Shown here in pieces: positions 18,556 through 28,871 of a stretch of DNA of 42,810 nt. Below the pieces are notes generated by a model. It made no database searches and was not told where the DNA came from. It saw only the letters and a program-made list of their open reading frames with translations. The translations under genes were made by a program, and so were the position numbers. The stretch's first letter is position 1; every line of letters starts with the position of its first letter. The DNA comes from a virus: the IMG/VR virus record IMGVR_UViG_3300048929_000691; one strand, written 5' to 3'.

Positions 18556-21540
18556 CTAATCTAATGTTTCCGTATGAGTGCTATTATACCAATCATAAAG
18601 CTTTTTAAAATCTATTGAAAAAGTATTAGCAGGAATCTCTTTACCATTTGCATCTTTTTTCGTATCATCTCTACCATCTATTGCAAAAGTTATTCTATTA
18701 AAATTAAAATTGCACCTAAGAGGTAAGTAATTGCCATCTACTTTCTCTTCTGATATAAGTGCTATAGCCCAATCAGCATCTCTATCCTTCCCTTTATATC
18801 TTTGAACACCTAATCCTACACTTGTCTTATTAGTTGCACCATATAAATATCCACCACATTTTGCATCAGAAGCAGTACTATAGAATTTTACTCCACAGAA
18901 AGTTTCTCCTCCATTAGGATTATCTTTCTCATAATTTTGAGGTGCCCCATTTTTTAAGGCATTACCATCATATTGAATCCACAAGGATCCATTCATAGTA
19001 TCTCCAGTTTTCTTTACGAAATTTCCCAATGCTGCATTTAATGCACCTACTAAGGCTTCAAGCAATTTTTCTATTGTATCTAGAGTAGTCCATACATCTT
19101 TAATTTCATTCCATAAATCCCCAACTTCCTTTTTCAGTGCATCCCATAAATCGTCTATTTGATCTTGAATATTTCCTCCAATATTTTTCAATTGATAAAG
19201 TTCATCTATTAATACATCACTTTCTTCAACGCAGGAAGTGCCTATAGTACGACTGCAATTTTCTATTGTCCTATCTTTAGTAGGAACACTTGTTATAAGA
19301 ACCCTTGAACCTTTTCTTCTTGGATCTTCTCCAGTATCTGGATTTGTATCTGTTGGCTCACAATGTCTTACCATATTATCATCAGCAGCATAAACTTTTC
19401 CTTTTTTATCTGTAAGCATTACTTTATTTGCATTATCCATGCCTTGATCTAAGGCTACATAATTCTTAAAGTTCTTCCAGATTTGATCTGCTTCTAAGGT
19501 CAATTCCCAAATTCTTCTTTCATAGTCATAATGCCTGTGTCGAACACTTGCATATCTATTATCATATATAGATTTTGGTCTTATATAACGTGTTGCCGCT
19601 GGCATTTCTCCTGTTGGTACACATTCATTAAAGTTATACATAAGGCATGCACTTGACATATATGGCTGAATTCTTACTTCTGTTTTTTCATCTATTGCCA
19701 TATATAATTCAAATATATGTGTTACCACTTGAAGTCCATCAAGAGGCTCAACTATTGTATTTACATGATATAATCTCATAATATCAATATAAGTTTGATA
19801 TTTATCCCCTTGATCTGCATCATTATTCTTTGGGAATGGCTTCCTCATTCTCTTTGTTTCATTATATGGTTCAGCCTCTTGAATAGTTTTTGGTGGCTTT
19901 TTGTAATCACCATATCCATGTATACTATCCTCTAAATCTATTCTTGATTTTGGACCATTGTGTACTTCTGTAAGAAGTCTAGGATCAACAGGTGTTATCT
20001 CAATGCTAGCCTCAGAAGTGACTCCCTTTTTCAAGTTATCTTTAACAGCATCAACATCATCTTTCAATTCAGTGAGTCCATCTTTTCCATCATCTAGTTT
20101 AATATTTATAAAGCTAGAATCTTTATCTGAAGACTTTCCACCCTCACCATCAGATGAGCTCGAACCTCCTGGTCCTGAACCTCCACTTGTCCCCGAATCT
20201 CCATCTGCCATAGCAAGACCTAAATCCTTCAAACGTGCAAGTTCACTTTCTAAAGCTAGTTTATAATCATTTCCATAAGCTAACTTTAGCTCCCTTAACC
20301 TTTTAGCTTTTTCCACATTAGGTTTAGTAAAATACAAGTTTGCCATTGCACTTTTAATACCACCAGATAATTCATTTGAAACATCATTTTGATAATTTTT
20401 TGTTCCTGCATTACCGGTATAGCTCCAACTATATTGCGGAAAATTAGGATAACTTGCAGAATATCCATCAATTACTGCACCCGAAGCATCTTTATCTCCA
20501 TTTTCATCATCTGTATCCCAATTTCTTTTATCATCCTTGGTATAACCTTTGTTTAAATTAGGGTCCATATCCTCATAACTTGGGGTAGTATAGACATCTT
20601 TTTCTGATAAAAATGGCAAGGTTTCATCATGTAAACTTACATAAAAATATTTTCTTATGCCATTCCAAGCATCATTCATTGTAGTATCTTTTGTATATAA
20701 TGGATCTTCAAATAATCCAACATGGAAATCAAAAGTAGTTGCATTATCATTTTTAAGTAAAGTAACGCAGCCCCTTAAAGCTCCATTGTATACACCCTCT
20801 GTTAAAAGGTTAGTTGTATGAAATACATCAGGGTCGTATTCGTCTAAGAATGGTGGAGTATTTGCTTTAAATTGATCTCTTATATCCATTGTTGCAAGAG
20901 CTTGATTTAAAGAATTTATATTTTTTGCAGGAATAGTTACATTTCCTCCTGGAACTACAACATCTTTAGGATCTACTCCAAAGACACCATTTCCACTATA
21001 TTCAAATACGCCTCCATAAGCTGGTTTTCCCTCATGAGTATAGTCTAAATCTGATCTATTCCCCATAATCCTTCTTGTAGTAAAGGTAGCTATCTTCACC
21101 CAATTCTTTTCATCAGTTGTTTTAGGATCTTTATTAACTTGATGAAGAAAATGATGATAACCATACCTATCTTTAAATTCAGTAGCATGTCTACCATCAA
21201 GTAAATCAGCATTTAGTCCTGAATTTGGACCATCATTTGTTTCATTCCATATTTTATAATCATTAAAAGTAATGGCAGGAACTGCGCCACTATCATCTGC
21301 TGTACATACAAAGTTTAGCAAATGTCTATCAATAGCAAAATTACCCCGAGCCTCAGTTGCTTTAAACCTTAAAGTAAAATTAGCATCCTCTCCATCTGAC
21401 TCTTGAATATCTCCTCCAAATTTAATAGCCATTAAAGCTCCGCTATTATCAAAACTATCGCGTAGCAATAAATTATTTGTAAGTACCTTTGATGTTTGTT
21501 CTTCTTGTAATATAGTGCTGTTATCAGCCACAATATTCAC
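18556..21540 (-). CDS. Tail-fibre-like virion protein
   Basis: NDGPNSGLNADLLDGRHATEF and FVKKTGDTMNGSL fibre motifs, coiled coil, G/S linker. GTG21531 may be the true start. Confidence 0.65.
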   Translation of the reverse strand: MNIVADNSTILQEEQTSKVLTNNLLLRDSFDNSGALMAIKFGGDIQESDGEDANFTLRFKATEARGNFAIDRHLLNFVCTADDSGAVPAITFNDYKIWNETNDGPNSGLNADLLDGRHATEFKDRYGYHHFLHQVNKDPKTTDEKNWVKIATFTTRRIMGNRSDLDYTHEGKPAYGGVFEYSGNGVFGVDPKDVVVPGGNVTIPAKNINSLNQALATMDIRDQFKANTPPFLDEYDPDVFHTTNLLTEGVYNGALRGCVTLLKNDNATTFDFHVGLFEDPLYTKDTTMNDAWNGIRKYFYVSLHDETLPFLSEKDVYTTPSYEDMDPNLNKGYTKDDKRNWDTDDENGDKDASGAVIDGYSASYPNFPQYSWSYTGNAGTKNYQNDVSNELSGGIKSAMANLYFTKPNVEKAKRLRELKLAYGNDYKLALESELARLKDLGLAMADGDSGTSGGSGPGGSSSSDGEGGKSSDKDSSFINIKLDDGKDGLTELKDDVDAVKDNLKKGVTSEASIEITPVDPRLLTEVHNGPKSRIDLEDSIHGYGDYKKPPKTIQEAEPYNETKRMRKPFPKNNDADQGDKYQTYIDIMRLYHVNTIVEPLDGLQVVTHIFELYMAIDEKTEVRIQPYMSSACLMYNFNECVPTGEMPAATRYIRPKSIYDNRYASVRHRHYDYERRIWELTLEADQIWKNFKNYVALDQGMDNANKVMLTDKKGKVYAADDNMVRHCEPTDTNPDTGEDPRRKGSRVLITSVPTKDRTIENCSRTIGTSCVEESDVLIDELYQLKNIGGNIQDQIDDLWDALKKEVGDLWNEIKDVWTTLDTIEKLLEALVGALNAALGNFVKKTGDTMNGSLWIQYDGNALKNGAPQNYEKDNPNGGETFCGVKFYSTASDAKCGGYLYGATNKTSVGLGVQRYKGKDRDADWAIALISEEKVDGNYLPLRCNFNFNRITFAIDGRDDTKKDANGKEIPANTFSIDFKKLYDWYNSTHTETLD

Positions 21541-21947
21541 CTTCTATTAGTTTTAGTAACTCTTCGTAATCAGACGAATCTGTTCCGTCCTGGAATTGTT
21601 ATCTATTTATATGCTTTTTTGCATACCTGTATTTTTATTATATTACATTTATATAGAATAATATAGTTATTTCTGTCAAATTTTATATTCAAAGTAATTT
21701 CTTCTATATAATTTAATTGATTTAATATATATACATATTTAGATATATATATATTAAACTTTTCCTATAACGGAATAGAAATCTTTTCAAATTTATATTT
21801 TTTCTAAATTGGCTTATCCTAGTTTTATTTAATTTTCAAATCCAAAAATTTGTTACAATCCATTCATAGTCGATTTCGAAGAAAATAACCTCTTTATTTG
21901 ATTTTTTTAGAATTCCGCTCAAACCATTGAAAAATGGTGATTTTTTA

Positions 21948-21973
21948 TTTCGGGAAATTTACATTTCCCGAAA
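21948..21973. repeat. Perfect 11-bp-arm palindrome
   Basis: TTTCGGGAAAT-TTAC-ATTTCCCGAAA. Confidence 0.85.
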
Positions 21974-22660
21974 ACACACTTTTTAGTAAAGCTATTTTTA
22001 CTTGTTTTATCAAAATTCAAACTAGATTTATTTTATTTTTGAATATAATTCTCTCTCATAATAAATATATCCCTATATAATAATTCAGCTTTCACAATGT
22101 AATATTTTTTCCTTTTTTGTAAATAATATAGGGTGATAATTTTGTTTTTTTGAAATTTATAATATTAAATTAAATAAATAATTAAAAATATTTATTCATT
22201 TTGTTGAAATATGGAATGTTTTACTGTATTTTTTAAATTAACATATATTACAAAATAAAATAAGCATCACAAAACAATTTATTTTTTTGCTATTCTGTGA
22301 TACTTATTTATATATTTAGCTGCTATATTTATAGAAAGAGAGATCATTAATATTATGTGCTTACTTAATAGGAGTTTAATGCGTTTAAATTTATGGATAG
22401 AATACATAATTAAATATTAGCAGCATAAATTCAATTTTTGTGGGAGATGAAAGCCAAAGAACATATTATTAATACATTTTCTTTAGCTTTCAAGGTATAT
22501 TATAGATAACGAATAAAAATGGATGAGATTCAACGTTTCTATAGAGTTTAAAATTGAAAAAACTATGTGTCGAAATCGACTTTAAACTTTAAAAACTTCA
22601 TCATCTATACTTATAGGGACACGGTGCCCGTTGATGGGCTTTATGGTGTATTGCATATTT

Positions 22661-22689
22661 ATTATAACACTTTTATTTTTGTATTACAA
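22661..22689 (-). promoter_or_regulatory. SigA-type promoter firing into an ORF-free region
   Basis: Minus strand TTGTAA-17 bp-TATAAT with TG extension. Confidence 0.65.
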
Positions 22690-22710
22690 TAACATTTTAT
22701 ATATTTTTTT

Positions 22711-23187
22711 CTAATTATTCTTATTATTGTATGCTTCCATCATTGTCTTTATAATATTTATGCTTTGTTTCTTTTCCAATATGGATTTAAGTACCTGATC
22801 CATAAATGTGGTTCTGAAAATATAATATTTTACTAAAGTATATAAATCAGAGGAATATCCATTAATAATATTATTAGAAATATAACTTTTGACTAACCCT
22901 TTTATATCATTTTCTGTAACCTTATACCCTAAGTTTTGTTGCTGATGCTTAATTATAGAAAAGTATTCAATTTCTGCATTCCTTAAATCCATATTAGCAA
23001 GCTCCAGCTTTCGTTTAAAATTTGAATAATCAAAGCTCGCTTCTGTGTGAAGATTATCCAGCCTGCTTACAATTCCCATAACTTCAATTGGTGTTGGCTT
23101 TAATGGAATGACTATGGAATTAATTTTTAAAAGATATTCATTTTCTTTATCTTCCCATTCTTTATTTGTATAAGTTGACTGAATCAT
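22711..23187 (-). CDS. Helical protein, possibly UvsY-like recombination mediator
   Basis: GGAGG RBS; long amphipathic helices with TENDIKGLV...LKSILEKKQSI pattern reminiscent of UvsY; sits in the replication cluster. Confidence 0.4.
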   Translation of the reverse strand: MIQSTYTNKEWEDKENEYLLKINSIVIPLKPTPIEVMGIVSRLDNLHTEASFDYSNFKRKLELANMDLRNAEIEYFSIIKHQQQNLGYKVTENDIKGLVKSYISNNIINGYSSDLYTLVKYYIFRTTFMDQVLKSILEKKQSINIIKTMMEAYNNKNN

Positions 23188-23199
23188 AATAGTCCTCCA

Positions 23200-23736
23200 T
23201 TAGCTTATATTACCCATTTCATTTTCTAAAGCAGCATATTCCATTAGAAGCTTAAATTTATCATTAACATATTTATATTCTGGTGTATCTTTTTTATTGA
23301 AATCAATTATTCCAGAAACTAATATTTCTAATTCTTTCTCAGATAAAGCTGGTCCAGAGCAATTATCAAATCCAAGATATATAATTTTTCTCGGTTTAAT
23401 TATTTGAATTTCCTTTTCAAGTAACGTATTATTTATCATATCATCATTTGTCTTTTCATAAAGCGTTAAGTATATATCATAAAAATCTACACCATTTCTA
23501 TCGTAAAATTCCTTTATTCTCTCTTCTATAATACTGAGTTTAGATTCATTCAAGTTAATAGCAATTATTGTATCAGCTGCATAATTGCCAAATAATGAAT
23601 CCTTGAGTATAAAATTCTTCCTTACAACATCAAAAATCTTTTGTATAATTTCACCATTAGCAAAATATTTATCTTCAATCCCTTTATTCACAATATGTAA
23701 AGAATTGAAATTTTCCTCGTTGTTCTTCATTATCAT
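23200..23736 (-). CDS. Degenerate uracil-DNA-glycosylase-like protein
   Basis: LLEKEIQIIKPRKIIYLG matches the family-4 UDG EI..I.P..I..LG motif; the catalytic GEAPG and HPS motifs are not visible. Confidence 0.45.
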   Translation of the reverse strand: MIMKNNEENFNSLHIVNKGIEDKYFANGEIIQKIFDVVRKNFILKDSLFGNYAADTIIAINLNESKLSIIEERIKEFYDRNGVDFYDIYLTLYEKTNDDMINNTLLEKEIQIIKPRKIIYLGFDNCSGPALSEKELEILVSGIIDFNKKDTPEYKYVNDKFKLLMEYAALENEMGNIS

Positions 23737-23790
23737 ATCTATTCCTTTCTTAAAGCAAAAAATATCCCAAATTTTCGTTTTAGAAAAGAT

Positions 23791-24057
23791 TTACAAATGC
23801 TTTATATAATCAGCAATTAGATCCAAAGACTCCTCATCTATTTTTTTATCTGATTTCATCTTTTCTATTAAAATTAATAAATTGAAAATATCTTTTTTGT
23901 TTATATCAAAACTATTTATCATAAAATCTTGCTGCTCTTTTGTAATTTTAATTGTTTCAAGAAAATCATATATGATTACTTGAACAGGATCATTATAGCC
24001 CTCTCCAACAAGATATTTAAAATAATAGGCCACTGCACTTTTAAAATAATCCTTCAT
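23791..24057 (-). CDS. Hypothetical protein
   Basis: AGGAGAG RBS, co-oriented with the cluster. Confidence 0.6.
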   Translation of the reverse strand: MKDYFKSAVAYYFKYLVGEGYNDPVQVIIYDFLETIKITKEQQDFMINSFDINKKDIFNLLILIEKMKSDKKIDEESLDLIADYIKHL

Positions 24058-24105
24058 TTTATAAAAACTCTCCTAAAATTTTATTTTATCAAAAGCTTCA
24101 GTTCC

Positions 24106-27100
24106 TCATGATCTTACGTCTCCTGAAGCATTATATCCCAAAGTTTCTAGCTCCCATTGTAATTTCTTCTCTCCATTAAAGTTTTTTTCTTCTAATAACT
24201 CACTTTCTAATTCCTTCTTTTTATTTCTAAACTTTATAAAATCGTTAAATAATTTGTATCTGTTAGGTTCAAACCTATCAAAAGCTCCAGCTTTAATAAG
24301 AGCTGTAACATTTTTTTTAGAGAATGGATTTCTCACATTTATCACTATTTTTCCATTTTTATCACGCTTTCGTGTGACATTAGCATAGTTTTTACTAAGT
24401 TCTTTTCTTAATGTACCATTATTTATATCATCCAAAGTCCTTTTTAAAAAATCATCAAAAGAAGTAAATTGTCCATCAATTTTTATTAAAACTCTAACTG
24501 AATCAAGTACAGTTTTTCCTATTTCTTTTATTCCAAGAAGACCAAATCTTATACTTTTATCTCCATTGTTTAAACTAACATTAAAATCTGCTTTAGATTC
24601 ATTTATATCAGGAGGAAAAATTTTAATATTTCTCTGTTTAACCTCTCCTAAGGTTTTTGTAATCTCTTCTGTTTTTCCATCCATAGCATAAAATTTCATA
24701 CATGCTGCTGCATATTCTGCTGGATAATATAAACTAAGCCAAGCTGTCTTATAGGCCAAAAACGCATAGGCATAAGAATGGGATTTATTAAAACAATACG
24801 CTGCAGAAGTTTCTATATTTTTAAAAACCTTTAAAGCTTCTTCTTCTGAAAAACCAAGCTTTAATGCACCAATACAATATTTTGAAGGCTCCTTTGAAAT
24901 TCCCCATACCTCTCCTTTTTCATTAAATAAGGACTGTTTACCATAAACAAATTCATTTCTAATTTCTGCTATCCTTCCTTTATCCTTTTTGGCTATAGTC
25001 TTTCTTATTCTCAAATCTGCATTTCCAAGACTGTAACCAGCCATAACTTGTCCAAGCTTTATAAGCTGTTCCTGGTAAATCAAAACACCTTTCGTGTCTT
25101 TCCCTACAGAATCTATTAAATTATTTTCTATTCCTCTTCCCATAACTGCAGCCTTATATTTATCAACCATTGATTTTCCATCAGCTCCTTTAGCTAAAGG
25201 CCCTGGACGATTGCAGGCATTTACTGTACTAAGACCATCTAAATCCGATACCTTAAAATCTCTTATCATTTGTGTTGCCACATATTTAGACATTTGAAAG
25301 ATATTCTTTGTATTTCCATTCCTTAAAAATTGGTAAACTTTTTCGTCATTTGTATCATCACTTTGAAACCATCTTCTTTCAAGTCCTATAGTCTTCATAG
25401 CTTCTTTTATAATGCTCAACGACTTTAATCCAAGAACATCAATCTTCAAGCCATGAAGATAATGAATTCCTTCCATATTAAACTGCGATACCAATAAAAC
25501 AGCAGATTCACTACCTACCGTAAGTGGCATGTGCTTTTTTATTCTTTGAGAGGAAATAACAACGCCTCCTGCATGAATACTCACTTTGCTTATTCCACCG
25601 CATAGCTTTTTTACAGCCTTTTCAAGCTTCTTATCTTTAGCAAATAACTTTTGAAGCTTATCATAAATATTAACTGCTTGATTAATTTCTCTTTGCGATA
25701 ACTTGTTATGATTATAGGGATTTTTTTTAACATCTTCTAAGAGCTCATAGGTCACACTTTCTCCACCTAAAAAGTCTGGAATATTCTTTGTAATATCATT
25801 CTTAAATTTATTATCATAGCCACTATTTATTGCTAAAACTGCTTTGATTGCACTTTTTATTTTATATTGGTTAAAAGCTGCAATCTGGCAGACATATTCA
25901 ATTCCATATTTGTTTTGAAAATATTCAATAGCCTCTTTCCTGTCTACACTAGCTACATCTGTATCTATATCTGGCTCATCCCTTCTTTCAGGATTTAAAA
26001 ACCTTTCAAAGATAAGATTATTTTTAACAGGATCAATATTTGTTATATCTAAACAGTAAGCAATTAAACTTCCAGTACAAGATCCTCTTCCTGGTCCTAA
26101 AAGAATATCGTTATTTTTACAGTATCGGCACCAGTCCCATAATATTAAGAAATAACTGCTGTATCCCATAGATGTAATTATTGTATATTCATAATTTAGT
26201 CTTTTAATATATTTTTTTATGGAGCTTGTCTTCTTTCCTAATAAAAATTTCTTTTTAAACCCTAAAAACATTTGCTTTTTTAAATAACTATTAGGAGTAT
26301 ATCCCTTTGGACACTTAAAGGCTGGCATAAGGCTTTTTGTATCCTTTGGGGTAATATCCACGCAACACTTATCAGCAATCTTTCCTGTATTTTCAACTGC
26401 TTCAATGGGTATATCATTTCCTTTGCACCAGCTTATCATCTCTTCAGGAGTTCTCATATAGCTATTTACCTTAGAAATTTCCATATTATTTATAGATTTT
26501 AGAATATCCTGATATTCTTTATCTTCTTTATAAATATAATGAGTGTCTCCTGTAATCACCAAAGGCAACCCAATTTCCTTATGAATTTTTAAGAGAGCTC
26601 TATTTATGCACATTACTTCCTCACAATCATCATAAGGCAATATTTCCAAGTAAAATTCATCAAAAACATTTTGAAAATATAAGGCTAAATCCTTTGCCTC
26701 TTCATATTGTCCATTTAAAATAAAATGTCCTATTTTGCTGTATAATCCACCACTTAAGGCTATAATTCCTCTTCCATGCTCCTCCAAATAACCTTCCTCA
26801 GCTGAAGGCATTTCATAAGAAGGAAGTTTTACTTTATGTATTCCTGCCTCTGTGGTTATTGCATACAAATTTTCTAACCCTTCCTCATTTGCTGCAAGAA
26901 GGACCAAATGATATATTTCTTCATATTTTAATTTTGCTATGTCAATGTAACTATCAATATGATAGATTTCATTTCCATAAATAGGCTTCAACTTTTTAAA
27001 ACTGTTACTCTCCATTTGTTCTATGCAGGCCTTATGATAATCTATTAATCCATACATATTTGAATTATCAGTTAAAGCAAAAGCCACTATTTCATGCTCT

Positions 27101-27207
27101 CCATTGGAATTATTATATTCATTAATAGCCTTAACATACTCTACTGGAGAAGTTAGAGAATCCTTTATTGAAAACTTAGTATGATTGTGAAGTAACGCAT
27201 ATCTCAT
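24106..27207 (-). CDS. dnaE: DNA polymerase III alpha subunit (phage/plasmid DnaE)
   Basis: PHP HNHT..S..D; GPGRGS, FERFLNPER, PDIDTD, HAGGVVI, KIDVLGL, YQEQ and FNKSHS motifs. Confidence 0.95.
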   Translation of the reverse strand: MRYALLHNHTKFSIKDSLTSPVEYVKAINEYNNSNGEHEIVAFALTDNSNMYGLIDYHKACIEQMESNSFKKLKPIYGNEIYHIDSYIDIAKLKYEEIYHLVLLAANEEGLENLYAITTEAGIHKVKLPSYEMPSAEEGYLEEHGRGIIALSGGLYSKIGHFILNGQYEEAKDLALYFQNVFDEFYLEILPYDDCEEVMCINRALLKIHKEIGLPLVITGDTHYIYKEDKEYQDILKSINNMEISKVNSYMRTPEEMISWCKGNDIPIEAVENTGKIADKCCVDITPKDTKSLMPAFKCPKGYTPNSYLKKQMFLGFKKKFLLGKKTSSIKKYIKRLNYEYTIITSMGYSSYFLILWDWCRYCKNNDILLGPGRGSCTGSLIAYCLDITNIDPVKNNLIFERFLNPERRDEPDIDTDVASVDRKEAIEYFQNKYGIEYVCQIAAFNQYKIKSAIKAVLAINSGYDNKFKNDITKNIPDFLGGESVTYELLEDVKKNPYNHNKLSQREINQAVNIYDKLQKLFAKDKKLEKAVKKLCGGISKVSIHAGGVVISSQRIKKHMPLTVGSESAVLLVSQFNMEGIHYLHGLKIDVLGLKSLSIIKEAMKTIGLERRWFQSDDTNDEKVYQFLRNGNTKNIFQMSKYVATQMIRDFKVSDLDGLSTVNACNRPGPLAKGADGKSMVDKYKAAVMGRGIENNLIDSVGKDTKGVLIYQEQLIKLGQVMAGYSLGNADLRIRKTIAKKDKGRIAEIRNEFVYGKQSLFNEKGEVWGISKEPSKYCIGALKLGFSEEEALKVFKNIETSAAYCFNKSHSYAYAFLAYKTAWLSLYYPAEYAAACMKFYAMDGKTEEITKTLGEVKQRNIKIFPPDINESKADFNVSLNNGDKSIRFGLLGIKEIGKTVLDSVRVLIKIDGQFTSFDDFLKRTLDDINNGTLRKELSKNYANVTRKRDKNGKIVINVRNPFSKKNVTALIKAGAFDRFEPNRYKLFNDFIKFRNKKKELESELLEEKNFNGEKKLQWELETLGYNASGDVRS

Positions 27208-27282
27208 ATAATTCTCTCCTCATAATAAATTAATCTAATTTTCTAACATAAAATAAATTCAATCCTCTAACATAAACTTAAT

Positions 27283-27567
27283 CTAATCTTCTAGTACACA
27301 AAGTATATCTCTTTCATTCAATATTATAAATTCATCCTCTCCATTTTTTATTGGAGAACCTGAAAAGGTAGTATATGCAATTCTATCTCCTTCTTTAACC
27401 TGCATTGACACTCTTTCACCATTTTCAAGAAGAGCTCCATCACCAACAGCTATAATTCTTCCAACATAAGTAGGTTCTTTATCCTTTCCTGGAATTATGA
27501 TTCCAGAAACAGTTTCCTCCCCTTGCTTTTCTTCCTTTACGATGCATCTTGCTCCAAAAACCTTCAT
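27283..27567 (-). CDS. groES: Co-chaperonin GroES
   Basis: ETVSGIIIPG mobile loop, GRIIAVGDG, VKEGDR and ILNERDIL motifs. Confidence 0.93.
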   Translation of the reverse strand: MKVFGARCIVKEEKQGEETVSGIIIPGKDKEPTYVGRIIAVGDGALLENGERVSMQVKEGDRIAYTTFSGSPIKNGEDEFIILNERDILCVLED

Positions 27568-27618
27568 TACTATTTCCTCCTTATAATTTTAAAATACTAA
27601 TTTTTATCTTTGCTAAAC

Positions 27619-28530
27619 TTAATAAGATATGCCTATACCATCATCAATAATATTTTTATTGTCCATACTTTTTATAATGTCTTCAATTTCAATTAATGTG
27701 CTATTAACCACTTCTTTGTAATAAGCTTTTTTCTCTATATTAAAAATATCCATTTCATCTTTAACAGTACCTACTACAGCTATATCATTAACTTCTTGGC
27801 TAACACCAGTACCTTCATTTTTTGAAATACTTTTATTAGCACTATTTGTTTTAACTCTATTTCTATTCCCTGAAGACATATTTTTTTCGACGTCGATTTC
27901 GACTTTTTGCTCATGATTAAGTTTAGCTATTTTCTTTTCTTTCTCTATTGTAACACTTTTTTTGCTGTTTTTAACTAATTTTTCTTCATTTTTTCTTTTT
28001 TTACTTTGAGCTTTCTTTTCATTCTCTTCAACTATTTCATGTGACTCAGTCACTTTAAATACTTTATCATGTTCCACTGACTTACAAAGCTCTTGGGAAG
28101 TAGAGGCTTCTTTTAAATCAATTAGTTTTTTTTCTTCAGAGAATTCCAAAGATTTATTGAAATTGTCTATATCACTTAACTCAGTTTCAACCTTTTTATT
28201 CTGCTTCAAAATCATTAAGATTAACTCTTCCTTTGATATGCCTATCAGCTTTTCAGCTTCTTTACTACACTCTAGGCATATTCCATTTTCATTTACCTCT
28301 AAAGCTTCCCTTTTACATACATTGCATATATGAACTTCACTTAAATCTTCCTCAGTAACATTCCTCCTGCAGGTAAAACAATAATTAATTTCCCTTATTT
28401 CTTCTACTTCCTCATAACCTTTAAAGTACTCTGTTATTTTTCCATTAACAATTTTAGCAGCTCTTTTTTCAATTTTTTTAACTATTACTCCAAAGTTACT
28501 TTGACCACATACTTTACAGATTCTGCACAT
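27619..28530 (-). CDS. Zn-ribbon protein with charged low-complexity tail
   Basis: CKVC, CFTC, CNVC and CLEC pairs; AAGGAGG RBS. Confidence 0.7.
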   Translation of the reverse strand: MCRICKVCGQSNFGVIVKKIEKRAAKIVNGKITEYFKGYEEVEEIREINYCFTCRRNVTEEDLSEVHICNVCKREALEVNENGICLECSKEAEKLIGISKEELILMILKQNKKVETELSDIDNFNKSLEFSEEKKLIDLKEASTSQELCKSVEHDKVFKVTESHEIVEENEKKAQSKKRKNEEKLVKNSKKSVTIEKEKKIAKLNHEQKVEIDVEKNMSSGNRNRVKTNSANKSISKNEGTGVSQEVNDIAVVGTVKDEMDIFNIEKKAYYKEVVNSTLIEIEDIIKSMDNKNIIDDGIGISY

Positions 28531-28656
28531 AAAAAATATTTCCTCCTTCTATTATTGTCAGCTCTCCTAAAATATAACTCAAATAGTAATGTATATTTAT
28601 TTTTATTATATCAAATGGATTTACTTTTGATAATATAGATGTGATAAAAAATTTAA

Positions 28657-28770
28657 GTAACATAAAATGTAACAATATAACGTTACTCACATTGGCACTA
28701 ATATAGTTACATTAATAGTAACAAAAGAAGTCACAAAATATGTACTAAACTTTATTACATATTTTGTGAC
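28657..28770. repeat. 12-bp-period GTNAC array 1
   Basis: Pentamers at 28657, 28669, 28682, 28694, 28706, 28718, 28730, 28742, 28754 and 28766. Confidence 0.85.
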
Positions 28771-28871
28771 TTCTTTACTGAATACTCTGGTGATCTGATA
28801 TTATTTTGTAGGGAAATTACCTCTTTGCTCCTGAGACAACTTAGTTAACATCCCTCATTTTATATGTTTTA

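Noticed and set aside
22610-22645. Purine or cobalamin riboswitch
   Set aside because: Only short resemblances (GGGCACCG, GGTGCCCG); the conserved core elements are missing.
24106-27207. Intein or intron in dnaE
   Set aside because: The ORF is continuous, motif spacing is normal, and no intein or homing-endonuclease motifs were seen.
28657-28770. CRISPR array
   Set aside because: The unit is only 12 bp with a 5-bp core; there are no 25-40-bp repeats with unique spacers and no cas genes.
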